64,000 bases of DNA from Armatimonadota bacterium (GCA_034722055.1 JAYENL010000221.1:8681-72680), one strand, 5' to 3'; positions 10,576 to 22,007 are shown, counted from the first letter of the stretch. Translations and numbers: made by a program. Notes: generated by a model from the sequence alone, not told the origin.

Positions 10576-10975
10576 CCGGGGCATCGCGCCTCCTCTCGAT
10601 CTCCTCGCGCTCCCGGCTGACCCAGTACCAGGCGTTGATGCACCCGGTCACGATGCCCACGAACAGCAGGGTGAGGGTCCAGGAGAAGCCCATCGGGTAG
10701 CGCCCGTCCAGCCACACGCCCAGAGCGAGCAAGAGGAGGGTGGGGACGGCCACCGACCACCCCACGAGCCCGAAGGTGCCCAGACCGAACCACACGGACT
10801 CCTCCGGGCGCCGCCGGGCGCGGAGCTTGCGGCGCTCCGCCTCGCCCAGCTCGTCGGCCAGCTTCTCCTCCCGCTCCTCAGCCGCCCGGGCCTGCGGTCC
10901 CGGGACCTCCGGCTCCTCCATCCCGACGTCCGGCTCCTGCTCCTCGCCCTCCGGGGGCCGCTGGTCCATCGCCAT
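10565..10975 (-). CDS. atpQ: N-ATPase AtpQ (AtpZ/AtpI-like) subunit
   Basis: 'RKLRARR..SVWFGLGTFGLVGWSVAVPTL..GVWLD..SWTLTLLFVG..GCINAWYWVSRE'. Confidence 0.92.
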   Translation of the reverse strand: MAMDQRPPEGEEQEPDVGMEEPEVPGPQARAAEEREEKLADELGEAERRKLRARRRPEESVWFGLGTFGLVGWSVAVPTLLLLALGVWLDGRYPMGFSWTLTLLFVGIVTGCINAWYWVSREREEIERRRDAPDGD

Positions 10976-10976
10976 C

Positions 10977-12802
<1,826 letters not shown>

Positions 12803-12906
12803 TCAGGTGGTCTGCAAGGATTACGGTCGCATCCAGCGTACAGGTATTCGACATTCCCATGTCAGACGCCTGCCGGGCGGGGTGAGCGCCGGTGCGCGTG
12901 CGCGTC

Positions 12907-13428
12907 GGCCGGGGTGGAACCTGCCACCTGCGCAACGCGACGGCGCTGCGCCGTGGAGGAGCCGCAGCGAGCGCAGGGAGGGAGGTCCCGAGCGAACCGA
13001 GGAACTTCCCAGGTTCCACCCCGGCCCATGCCGTCGCCTCAACGCCGACGGCCAAACGGCCGGGCGGGCTGGGAAGCCCGCCCCTCCGTACGGCCTGAAA
13101 GCGGCACCCTCCTATCCGGTCCAGACGACATCCGTGGGGCCGGCTTCCAGCCTGCCGCCGTCTACTGCGGGGAGAGCCCGCGTGCAACGGCTCTCAACGG
13201 CGGGCCGGACAGTGGTCCGGCCCCTCCATACGGCTATCTTGCGCGCTCGCGCACACCGATGGCCGCGGTGTTGGGGCCTCTTACGCGCTCGCGGAGGCCG
13301 ATACCCGCGGCGCCACGCAGAGTCATTCTCCGTCATGGAGAGGCCGCTCCGAGCGGCGCCACCGGCGGCGCGAGGAGTGAGGCCCGCCAGGGCCGAAGCT
13401 TCCACCCCAGCCCATGTCGTTCCCTGAG
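12907..13428. repeat. Intergenic mosaic of palindromic, REP-like repeats
   Basis: Perfect 17-bp inverted repeat GGCCGGGGTGGAACCTG (12907-12923) / CAGGTTCCACCCCGGCC (13010-13026); hairpin GGGCGGGCT-GGGA-AGCCCGCCC (13062-13083); hairpin near 13202-13223 also present at 44461-44487; 13377-13428 closely matches the block starting at 18157. Confidence 0.75.
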
Positions 13429-13460
13429 AACGCCAGGACGGCCGGCCTCCGCTGCCCTGC

Positions 13461-16400
13461 CTACGGCGAGACCTCCAGCGAGGCCGAGGGCATGACCGCG
13501 ACCGAGTCCTCGTTCGGGCGCAGCCTGGTGATGAGCAGCTCATCGCCCGGCTGGACCAGTGAGGCGTCGCCATCCACGCTGATGGTCGGGAGCGTGGGCC
13601 CCAGGACCTTGCCCCAGTTGTCGCGCGCCGAGATGCCGCCCTGGCCGGCCATCTCGCCGATACGCTCCAGCCCGTGGGCGGTGCGCCGATAGACCTGGAA
13701 GCCCAGCAGGTTCGGCTCGCTGGTCCGCGTGCGCCAGGGGTGGGCCGGCCGCGGCTCCACCAGCACGTCCTCGCCCTCGAGGCCGGTGGCGCGCACGGTG
13801 TTCAGCACCAGGTGGGGCGTGTACTTCAGAGCAATGCGAACGGTGCCGTCGCCGCCGGGGGTGACCTCACGCACCGTGAAGGTGGATGTTCCCCGGTGGT
13901 GGCGGACAACGCCCCAGCTTCCTGACAGCGAACCGTCGGTGGGCCAGTCGCTCTGCGGCCGGATGACCAGCACGTCAGCCTCGTCGTCGAAGGCCACCAG
14001 CCGGCCGCGCGGGCCGGCTGGGCAGGCCAGCTCGAAGTCGCCGAGGGCCACGTTCCCCTGCCCGGCCACGAAGGCGCGGGGGACCTGCCCCGCCGCCACG
14101 CTCACCGCCGCGAAGCGCCCCGTCAGGCGCAGCGTCCCATCCGGCGTATCGACGGCGAAGTCCCTCGCGGCGGCCTCCCACGAGCGCGAGACGAGATAGT
14201 CCACCTCCTCGCCGCGGTCCACGCGCACTGCCACGGTGCCCTCCGGCGCGGGCAGGAGCGTGGCGTCGGCGATCAGCGGCGGGCCCTCGATGGTCTCGTG
14301 GATGGCGACGAACGCATCCACCGCCGAGGCGTTCTCCCGGCGGGCGCACAGCACCGGCAGCTTCGCGTTCAGGTCGCGATTGTCCGTGTACCGCTGGCCG
14401 GGTGCGATCCCGGTGACCAGCGTGGTCTCCCCACCGGGCAGCATGGTGCAGCGGTAAGCCAGCGCCTCGCGAACCTGCTTCTCGCCGCTGTCCCAGGTGC
14501 GCAGCGGCGCCCAGGTGGCCGACCACTGCCCGGAGGTCCTCCCGGCTTCGAGTCCCGAGATATGCCGCCAGGCTGTCGCCTCTCCGCCCTCGAGCTGCCA
14601 GTGCTCGGCCAGCGTCACCTCCGGCTCGAGGGCCTCCATCGGACAGCCGTCCACGGCCAGCGCCTCACCATCGCCGTGCAGGTACCACTCGTGGTGTGCC
14701 CCGCCGCGGACGCGGAAGATGTCCAGCAGGTAGCTGGCGTCCTCGCCGGCGGCGATCTGCGCCACGGTGCGGCCGTAGACGCCGCTCTCGCCCAGCTCAG
14801 CCAGGTTCTCGGGAATCTGCTCGGCAACCTCGACCACCTGCACCCACCCGGCGTCGGCCATCAGGCCGGTGGGGTCGCCGCGGAGCAGGTGTGTCGAGGA
14901 ATGCGAGCCATCCGCGGCCCGCACCACGCAGGTATTGTGCGACGGGCAGAGCTTGATCCACTCGCGGGTGAGCCTGTGCATGGCGCCCATGTAGCCCAGG
15001 TCGGTGAGCACCTCCTGGTCGCGGGTGTACCACATCAGCGTCAGCGGCGGGCGATGCCAGTGGCCCACCGGCCAGGTGTAGTCCAGCGCCATGACATCGG
15101 TGCTCTCCCCCAGCGGCATGCGCATGACGGCCTTCCGATTATTGTGCAGCACGACCGAGGGGAAGCCGGCCGGGTTGGCGAGGGCGACGGTCTGGCGGCC
15201 GGGCTCGCCGGAGACGTCGAACAGCTCGCCGCAGTCCTCGGGGATCGTCGCCCCGGCGCGCACGGAGCGCTGGAGGTGGCCGAGCTGCGGCCTGGCGGCG
15301 GCGTGCGAGTCCTCCCACGCGATCTGGCGACCGTTGGGCAGGCAGGAGAGGGGCATCTTGCTGAGGCTGTTGCACAGCGCCTGGGCGCGGTAGAGGTCCA
15401 GCCCCTGGAGGCGCTCGCTCCACCAGGGATGGTCCCGGGGCACCACATGGGCGCCGCGGGAGGCGTCCATGAGGTAGGACATGGTGTTCCACGTGCAGTT
15501 GGTGTAGGCCGGGGAGCCCTCCCAGCTCAGCCCGTCGCCGTACACCGAGTTGCGCAGGTAGTAGCGGTAGTTGTCCAGGACGGTGCCGATGATGCGCTCA
15601 TCGCCGAACAGCACGCCCAGGTTGAACTGGCTCTGCATCAGCCGGCCGTCGAGGTTGTGGAAGCCCAGCATGGAGCAGGGCCGCACGTGGTAGTCCAGCT
15701 TCCCGTACTTCAGGTCGAACTCGCCACCCGCCTCGCGCAGGCGCTGCGCGTCATCCTCATGCGCCGCCAGCAGGCACTCCGTGGCCCGCAGGACGCCGCC
15801 CGCAATCCCCTCCTCGGTGTAGCTGTCGCGCACCACCGCGAAGCCCTGCAGCCAGCCGCTGGCGTAGGCGTCGCCGAACATCGACCCGTCGCAGTAGATG
15901 TCGGCGTTGGAGCGATCGGCCGGATGCTGTTCGCTGCCGGTGATCCCGTCCTCGAGCGTGTAGGGGACATACCCCTCGAAGGCGCGCGGATCGGCCTCGT
16001 AGAAGCCATCGAGCATGGCGCGATAGCGCTGCTCGCCACCGACGATGTCGCGAAGGTATGCGTCGCCAAGGTGCGCGCGGGCCAGGGTCAGCAGCGCCGA
16101 GCGCACCGAGCGCGCGTAGGAAGCCGCGTCATCGGCGCGGGGGTCATTCTCCGGCAGCACGTGAGCGCAGACCTGCCAGGCCTCGCCCAACGTGGGGAGC
16201 ACCGTCTTGGCGATCCTGGTCTGTGCCAGGTGGTGCCACTTGCCGCGGAAGAAGAATGCGTAGTTGGCGTCGGAGTAGCCGTGGGTCTCGCCGTCCCAGC
16301 GGTCCCAGGGAATGCCGGGATGCTCCCGGCCCCATTCGGCGCTGTGCGTCCGCCGCCAGACCTCGTCGGAGGGGTAGCAGCCGGTGCCGTCATCGGGGTA

Positions 16401-16823
16401 GTCGGGGTTCGGGTAGTAGGGATACTCTCGCCCCTCTTCCTCGCACAGGGGGCAGTAGAGCCGGAAGGGCTCGTCCAGCGACCACTCCCACCGCACGTCG
16501 CTGAAGTCCTGGCAGCGCTCGGGATGGATGGGACAGGCGGTGGTCCACATCCCCAGCGGCGTGACCGGCAGCACCCGATCCAGCCACCATTCATCGCCGA
16601 CGTCCCGCCACTGCTCCGCCCGCGAGAGGACCTGTTCGACGGTCGCAGCGGCCTCATCGTCGCCGGCCCGGTAGCGCTCCCGAAGCTCATCCACGGGCAC
16701 ACCTCGGACCGTAGGGTGCATCAGGTCGGGAAGCTCTATGAACTCATGCTCGAGCGCGCCGGCGCCGCCCGCTGCCATCACTATCACGCCCGTCATCAGC
16801 ACTGCGCGAATCGCGAACCTCAT
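13461..16823 (-). CDS. Secreted heparinase II/III-like polysaccharide lyase (1120 aa)
   Basis: Signal peptide; 'DGLSWEGSPAY', 'QIAWEDS', 'GHWHRPPLTL', 'LTDLGY', 'SHNTCVV', 'YLLDIFRVRGG'. Confidence 0.75.
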   Translation of the reverse strand: MRFAIRAVLMTGVIVMAAGGAGALEHEFIELPDLMHPTVRGVPVDELRERYRAGDDEAAATVEQVLSRAEQWRDVGDEWWLDRVLPVTPLGMWTTACPIHPERCQDFSDVRWEWSLDEPFRLYCPLCEEEGREYPYYPNPDYPDDGTGCYPSDEVWRRTHSAEWGREHPGIPWDRWDGETHGYSDANYAFFFRGKWHHLAQTRIAKTVLPTLGEAWQVCAHVLPENDPRADDAASYARSVRSALLTLARAHLGDAYLRDIVGGEQRYRAMLDGFYEADPRAFEGYVPYTLEDGITGSEQHPADRSNADIYCDGSMFGDAYASGWLQGFAVVRDSYTEEGIAGGVLRATECLLAAHEDDAQRLREAGGEFDLKYGKLDYHVRPCSMLGFHNLDGRLMQSQFNLGVLFGDERIIGTVLDNYRYYLRNSVYGDGLSWEGSPAYTNCTWNTMSYLMDASRGAHVVPRDHPWWSERLQGLDLYRAQALCNSLSKMPLSCLPNGRQIAWEDSHAAARPQLGHLQRSVRAGATIPEDCGELFDVSGEPGRQTVALANPAGFPSVVLHNNRKAVMRMPLGESTDVMALDYTWPVGHWHRPPLTLMWYTRDQEVLTDLGYMGAMHRLTREWIKLCPSHNTCVVRAADGSHSSTHLLRGDPTGLMADAGWVQVVEVAEQIPENLAELGESGVYGRTVAQIAAGEDASYLLDIFRVRGGAHHEWYLHGDGEALAVDGCPMEALEPEVTLAEHWQLEGGEATAWRHISGLEAGRTSGQWSATWAPLRTWDSGEKQVREALAYRCTMLPGGETTLVTGIAPGQRYTDNRDLNAKLPVLCARRENASAVDAFVAIHETIEGPPLIADATLLPAPEGTVAVRVDRGEEVDYLVSRSWEAAARDFAVDTPDGTLRLTGRFAAVSVAAGQVPRAFVAGQGNVALGDFELACPAGPRGRLVAFDDEADVLVIRPQSDWPTDGSLSGSWGVVRHHRGTSTFTVREVTPGGDGTVRIALKYTPHLVLNTVRATGLEGEDVLVEPRPAHPWRTRTSEPNLLGFQVYRRTAHGLERIGEMAGQGGISARDNWGKVLGPTLPTISVDGDASLVQPGDELLITRLRPNEDSVAVMPSASLEVSP

Positions 16824-16845
16824 GGCTCAGCCCCCGTCCCTCGTG

Positions 16846-17052
16846 CTTACATTCGCCCACCTCGTGGCGAGCGGCGACTCTCGGCGTATGTCGCTTGGAG
16901 GGGCCGTCTGAGGCCCCAGCGTCGTCTGCTGGAGCCGAAGCCGGCCCGGCCGTTCCATTGGCGGCCCGACTTCGCGCGACTGCTGCGCAGTCGCCCTCAG
17001 GCGGCCCCTCCACCGCAGACGACGGTCGCGCAACTTGTGGGCGGAGTATAAG
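16846..17052. mobile_element. MITE family A, copy 1 (IS50/Tn5-like ends, degenerate)
   Basis: Ends CTTACATTCGCCCAC / GTGGGCGGAGTATAAG; flanking TCCCTCGTG / TCCCCTGTG (7/9); interior aligns with copies at 18516 and 47645. Confidence 0.8.
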
Positions 17053-17200
17053 TCCCCTGTGCTCTCGCCGACCCCATCTTCCCTGCGACGGAGCATCATG
17101 CCTGCCTCACCTGCGGAAGTCGTGCAGGCATCCGCACCGGGGAGCGTGAATCGCCTCCTGGAGAGCGCTTCCCATGGCGTCAGAGACGACACGGAGAGTG

Positions 17201-18028
17201 ATGCGCGTGGTCGCAAAGAGCGTTGAGCTACCGTCCGGGAACGAGATGCCCACCCTCGGGCTGGGAACGTGGACCCTGCGGGGCGAGGAGGGCCTGCGGG
17301 CCATCAGGGCCGCGCTGGCGATGGGCTACCGCCACATCGACACCGCGGACATGTACGGCAACCACGACATCGTGGGAGAGGCCATCGCGGACTATCCCCG
17401 CCCCGAGCTGTTCGTGACGTCGAAGGTGGACGCCCCGGACCTGCATTACGACGATGTCATCCTGACCTGCAGGAAGAACCTCAGGGAGCTTGACACCGAC
17501 TACATCGACCTGTATCTGATCCACTGGCCCAATCCCGACCTGCCCATGAAGCAGACCTTCGACGCCCTGCGGCATCTCGTCGAGGAGGGCCTGATCCGCG
17601 ACCTGGGGGTGAGCAACTTCCAGCAGCACCGCATGCGGCAGGCGCTTGAGATCGCCGACCACCCCATCGCCGTCAATCAGATTGAGCTGCATCCCTTCCT
17701 GTACCAGCACGATCTCATCCAACTCTGCCAGGACAATGCAGTGGCTGTGACCGCGTACGCACCGCTGACGCGCGGGAAGGTCTACGAGAGCGATACGTTG
17801 CGGGAGGTCGCCGAGGCCCACGGCCGCACGCCGGCGCAGGTCTCGCTGCGCTGGCTGCTGCAGAAGGGCTGCATCGTGATCCCGCGCTCGAGGAGCGAGG
17901 GGCACCTGCGCGAGAACATGGACGTGTACGGGTGGTCCCTCACCGACGAGGAGATGGCGCTGATTGACGCCATTGACGAGCAGGTGCGGCTGATCGAGCC
18001 GGACTTCCCGGAGTTCGAGATGCCCTGA
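17201..18028 (+). CDS. Aldo/keto reductase (2,5-DKG reductase-like)
   Basis: 'MPTLGLGTW', 'GYRHIDTADMYGN', 'DYIDLYLIHWP', 'LGVSNF', 'NQIELHP'. Confidence 0.92.
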   Translation: MRVVAKSVELPSGNEMPTLGLGTWTLRGEEGLRAIRAALAMGYRHIDTADMYGNHDIVGEAIADYPRPELFVTSKVDAPDLHYDDVILTCRKNLRELDTDYIDLYLIHWPNPDLPMKQTFDALRHLVEEGLIRDLGVSNFQQHRMRQALEIADHPIAVNQIELHPFLYQHDLIQLCQDNAVAVTAYAPLTRGKVYESDTLREVAEAHGRTPAQVSLRWLLQKGCIVIPRSRSEGHLRENMDVYGWSLTDEEMALIDAIDEQVRLIEPDFPEFEMP

Positions 18029-18086
18029 GGGCAGCGGCGGGCAGTGGGGGCAGCGAGCCTCACCCCCGGGCCCCTGTGCGTGCCGG

Positions 18087-18423
18087 CTATGCATTACGCA
18101 CATCTTGCCCGGTCGCGGAAGTCCAATGGCCGCGTTGTCCGCCCAGGCTGTTTGCAGTGAGGCCCGCCAGGGCCGAAGGTTCCACCCTGGCCCATGTCGT
18201 TCCTGAGCGCGAACGGCAAACGGCCGGGCCGGGATGGAACCTGCCGCCTGCGCAATACGACCGCGCAGGCGGCACCCTGGAGTTCGGATAGCGAACTCTT
18301 AAGAGAAGCCTACTGGCTTCTCCATCGCTACGCTCGGGCGGCCCCTCCGTACGACGACACCACACCGCTGAGCCCTTGCTCAACTCCATCGCAGGCCTCC
18401 TGCAAGATGTGCGTAATGCACAG
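18087..18423. mobile_element. MITE family B with Tn5 mosaic-end-like TIRs
   Basis: 22-bp TIR CT(A/G)TGCATTACGCACATCTTGC with one mismatch (18087-18108 / 18402-18423); perfect 9-bp target duplication GCGTGCCGG (18078-18086 / 18424-18432); no transposase inside. Confidence 0.9.
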
Positions 18424-18515
18424 GCGTGCCGGAGAGGGGGAGAACACAATCGCACGCAGAGATGCGAAACGCGGGGGCCTGGCCGCACAGTTCGCGTTAC
18501 TCCCCCTCCGGGACG

Positions 18516-18760
18516 CTTACCTTTACCCACGGAGACCTTCGGTCTCATGGGGAGGGCTGTTGGCCGTGGAGGGGCCGCCTGAGGGCGCTCCTCAGGAGCG
18601 CGCGAAGTCGGCCCGCTGCGGGCGAAGTGACGCAATCGGCGGCCTGCACGACCAACGGCCGGGCCGGCTTCGGCTCCAGCGAACAATGCTGGAGCCTCAG
18701 ACGGCCCCTCCGGACAGCAGACAGCGCATCGCCAGTCGCCACGATGTGGGTAAAGGTAAG
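18516..18760. mobile_element. MITE family A, copy 2 (inverted relative to the other copies)
   Basis: Perfect 15-bp TIR CTTACCTTTACCCAC / GTGGGTAAAGGTAAG; flanking CTCCGGGACG / CCCCGGGACG (9/10). Confidence 0.88.
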
Positions 18761-18866
18761 CCCCGGGACGGAGGGGTGCCCGAGAGTAGCGAGGGCGGGG
18801 GAGGTCCGTGACGACCTCACGACGTACGGCGCCCGGACAGGAGTGTCCGGGCCACGGAAGGGCGGG

Positions 18867-20153
18867 CTACGCTCGCTCGCTGAGCACCTCGTCCTCGTAG
18901 CGCTGGATCTCGGCGAGCCAGGCCAGCCCGCCCGGCACACCTCCGCGCTGGCACAGCTCCTCCCACACCGCCCCGAAGGGCAGTTCCGCGCACAGCTCCT
19001 GCAGCGCCAGCTTGGCGTGCCCGTTGCCGGCGTACTCCGCCTCCACGGCCAGGTCGTGGGGCTCTACCATGGCCCACAGGAGGGCCTTGCGCACGGAGCG
19101 CTCGCCGATGGTCCAGGCCGCGATGCGGTTGATGGAGGCGTCGAAGAAGTCCGTGGCCCACAGGATGTCGTCGAAGCGGCCGCTGCGGACGGCCTCATCG
19201 CAGACCGCGCGGAGGTCGTCATTGAAGCGCGTCACGTGATCGCTGTCCCAGCGCACGCCGCGAGAGGCGTGCAGCAGGATGGGGCTGACGAAGTGCAGCG
19301 CCGCGGAGATCTTGTCCGCGACGCCCTCCGTGGGGTGATAGTGGCCCATGTCGAAGCAGACGCCGCAGCCGCGGGTGGCCGCGTAGAGCAGGTAGAACTC
19401 GTGTGAGCCGACGGTGTAGTCCTCCACCCCGATGCCGAAGAGCTTGCTCTCGACGGTATCGATGACTGAGGCCATGTCGTCGGCCAGAACCTCGTCGAGC
19501 GCCTCCACCAGCCGCTCCCGGGGGCCCATGCGGTCGGCGGTGGCGTCCTTGCGGCCGTCAGGGATCCAGATGTTGCAGGCGGCAGGCCCGAGGCGGCGGC
19601 CGATGGCGTCGGCGATCTCCCGGCAGGCCATGCAGTGGCGGATCCAGAACTGGCGCACATCGTCGTCGGGGCTGCTGAGCGTCAGCCCGTCGCGGACCAT
19701 GGGATGCGCGAAGCATGTAGGGTTGAAGTCCATCCCCCAGCCGTTGTCATCGCACCAGTCGATCCAGGTCTGGAAGTGCTCGGGCCGCAGCTCGTCGCGA
19801 TCCACGGTCTCGCCGCCGGTCTCGGCGTACATGGCGTGGAGATTGAAGCGCAGCTCGCCGGGGATGAGGCTGGCGGCCTTCTCGAAGTCCCGGCGGATCT
19901 GATCGCCGGTGCTCGCCCGGCCGGGGTAGTTGCCTGTGGCCTGGATGCCGCCGGCGTCAGTGGCCTCCTCGTGCACCTCCAGCCCTACCACGTCGTCGGC
20001 CTGCCAGCAGTGCACGGAGATCGGCGTGCCCAGGGCCCTCTCGATCGCCGCCTCCGCGTCCACACCCACCTCGGCGTACCGGTCGCGCGCGTCCTCGAAC
20101 GACATCGAGGTTCGCCCGGCAAGCTCGCTCTCCAGCAGGTCCTCAATCCTCAT
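18867..20153 (-). CDS. rhaA: L-rhamnose isomerase
   Basis: 'ISVHCWQADDV', 'GIQATGNYPG', 'NLHAMY', 'DFNPTCFAHP', 'ESKLFGIGVEDYTVGSHEFY', 'DMGHYHPTE', 'HASRGVRWDSDHV', 'DFFDASINRIAAW'. Confidence 0.95.
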   Translation of the reverse strand: MRIEDLLESELAGRTSMSFEDARDRYAEVGVDAEAAIERALGTPISVHCWQADDVVGLEVHEEATDAGGIQATGNYPGRASTGDQIRRDFEKAASLIPGELRFNLHAMYAETGGETVDRDELRPEHFQTWIDWCDDNGWGMDFNPTCFAHPMVRDGLTLSSPDDDVRQFWIRHCMACREIADAIGRRLGPAACNIWIPDGRKDATADRMGPRERLVEALDEVLADDMASVIDTVESKLFGIGVEDYTVGSHEFYLLYAATRGCGVCFDMGHYHPTEGVADKISAALHFVSPILLHASRGVRWDSDHVTRFNDDLRAVCDEAVRSGRFDDILWATDFFDASINRIAAWTIGERSVRKALLWAMVEPHDLAVEAEYAGNGHAKLALQELCAELPFGAVWEELCQRGGVPGGLAWLAEIQRYEDEVLSERA

Positions 20154-20190
20154 CGTGGAACACCTCGCGTTGATGCTGACCAGCACACCA

Positions 20191-20267
20191 TTCGCCGTTC
20201 GCCGTTGCCGTGCGCCGTTGCCGTGCGCCGTTGCTGATAGCTGTTAGCTGACCGCTGATAGCTGACC
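20191..20267. repeat. Short tandem repeats: GCCGTT/GCCGTG units followed by five GCTGNNN heptamers
   Basis: GCTGATA GCTGTTA GCTGACC GCTGATA GCTGACC at 20233-20267. Confidence 0.8.
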
Positions 20268-20282
20268 GTTCACCGCTGGCAA

Positions 20283-21671
20283 CTACTCCAGCCACGGATT
20301 GGTCTGGTCGCCAACCTCCGAGCGCAGGCGGGCCAGCTCCTCCTTCAGCTCCGCCGCCGCGTCCGCGTAGTCGGGGTCATCGTAGACGCTGTTCATCTCC
20401 ATGGGGTCCTCCTGGAGGTCGAACAGCTCCCACTCCTGCGGCCCCGGCTCCTCCTCATAGTAGAAGATGAGCTTGTAGCGGTGGGTGCGCAGGCCGTAGT
20501 GGGCCCAGACGTTGTGCCCGCCGTCGATGTGCATGAAGTAGCGATAGTAGAAGCTCTGGCGCCAGTCCTGGGGCGTCTGTCCGGCCACGTTGCTCCGGAA
20601 GCTGCGCCCCTGCATCTGCTCGGGCGCGTCGAGGCCGGCGTAGTCGAGGAACAGGGGGGCGAAGTCGGTGTTGAGGATGATGTCATCGTTGACCGAGCCG
20701 GCCGGGATCTCCCCCGGATAGCGCACCACAAAGGGCATGCGCAGGGACTCCTCGTACATGAAGCGCTTGTCGTACCAGCCGTGGTCGCCGAGGAAGAAGC
20801 CCTGGTCGGAGGTGTAGATGACCACGGTGTCCTCGGTGAGGCCCGCCGCGTCGAGCCAGTCCAGCATCCGGCCCACGTTGTCATCGACCGACGCCACGCA
20901 CCGCAGGTAGTCCTGCATGTAGCGCTGGTAGGCCCAGCGCTTGAACTCCTCGTCGGTGAGGCCCTCCGGGCGGGGCTGCTTGAGGTCGCGCTCGGTGAAG
21001 TCGCGACCGACGCGCATTTGCGCCTCCCGGGCGGCTGTGGAGCGGTTGGCGTAGTCATCCCAGAAGGTGGGCGGCTCAGGGATGTCGATGTCCTCGTACA
21101 TATGCATGTGCTTCTCGTCCGGCTCCCAGGGGCGGTGCGGCGCCTTATGATGGGTCATCAGGAAGAAGGGGCGGTCGGGGTCGCGATCCTCGAGCCACTC
21201 AAGAGACATATCGGTGATCAGGTCTGTCGCGTAGCCCTGGAACGTCCTCTTCTCGCCCTGGTCGAACATCTCCGGGTCATGGTAGAGGCCCTGCCCGGGG
21301 AGCACGCACCAGCGGTCGAAGCCCTGCGGGTCATGGATGCCGCCGTGGCCCAGGTGCCACTTGCCGAAGATGGCCGTCTGGTAGCCGGCCTGCTGCAGGA
21401 GTTTTGGGGCGGTCATCTGCCGCTGGTCCATCCCCTCGCGGAGCGTGAAGACCCCGTTGAGGTGGCTGTACTTGCCGGTGAGGATCGACGCCCGCGAGGG
21501 GGTGCAGATGGAGTTGGTGCAGAAGCAGTTGTCCAGCCGGACGCCGTCCTCGGCGATGCGGTCCATCTGCGGCGTCTCATTGACGACGCTGCCGTAGCAG
21601 GTCATGGCATGCGAGGCGTGATCGTCGCTCATGATAAACAGGATGTTCGGGCGGCGGTCTGATCGAGGCAT
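20283..21671 (-). CDS. Formylglycine-dependent (S1) sulfatase, cytoplasmic
   Basis: 'RPNILFIMSDDH', CTPSR motif, 'GKWHLG', 'HKAPHRPW', 'SDQGFFLGDHGWYDKRFMYEES'; no signal peptide. Confidence 0.95.
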   Translation of the reverse strand: MPRSDRRPNILFIMSDDHASHAMTCYGSVVNETPQMDRIAEDGVRLDNCFCTNSICTPSRASILTGKYSHLNGVFTLREGMDQRQMTAPKLLQQAGYQTAIFGKWHLGHGGIHDPQGFDRWCVLPGQGLYHDPEMFDQGEKRTFQGYATDLITDMSLEWLEDRDPDRPFFLMTHHKAPHRPWEPDEKHMHMYEDIDIPEPPTFWDDYANRSTAAREAQMRVGRDFTERDLKQPRPEGLTDEEFKRWAYQRYMQDYLRCVASVDDNVGRMLDWLDAAGLTEDTVVIYTSDQGFFLGDHGWYDKRFMYEESLRMPFVVRYPGEIPAGSVNDDIILNTDFAPLFLDYAGLDAPEQMQGRSFRSNVAGQTPQDWRQSFYYRYFMHIDGGHNVWAHYGLRTHRYKLIFYYEEEPGPQEWELFDLQEDPMEMNSVYDDPDYADAAAELKEELARLRSEVGDQTNPWLE

Positions 21672-21797
21672 GAGTCACTGCTCCTCGCTTTGTCTCGTGT
21701 TCTCCGTCTCACGCGCATGGCGCATTGAGGGCCTGCGCATGGCAACTCCGGGCCGACATCGCACACGCAGGATGTCGCGGAGCGCCGGCTTCCACAT

Positions 21798-22007
21798 CGT
21801 CGGGCTGGAAGCCCGACCTACGCGGTATGTTGTGAGCCGCGCCCAGCGGCCATGTCGTGAGGCCTGACCTGGGCGACATGTTGTGATGCGCGCCGGCCTT
21901 GCATATCGTCAGCCCGACCTACGCGATATTCTGCCGGCCGCGCCTTCGTGGCATGTCGTGAGGCCTGACCTGCGCGGCAGTTTGGGAGGCGCGCCTGGGC
22001 GACATGT
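21798..22007. repeat. GTAG-type REP hairpin inside a degenerate 101-bp direct repeat
   Basis: Minus strand GTAG-GTCGGGCT-TCC-AGCCCGAC (21799-21821); AGCCCGACCTACGCG at 21810 and 21911; CATGTCGTGAGGCCTGACCTG at 21851 and 21952. Confidence 0.8.

Noticed and set aside
12850..12863. Palindrome GACAT-TCCC-ATGTC upstream of atpD as an operator
   Set aside because: Only 5-bp arms, single occurrence and no convincing promoter spacing.
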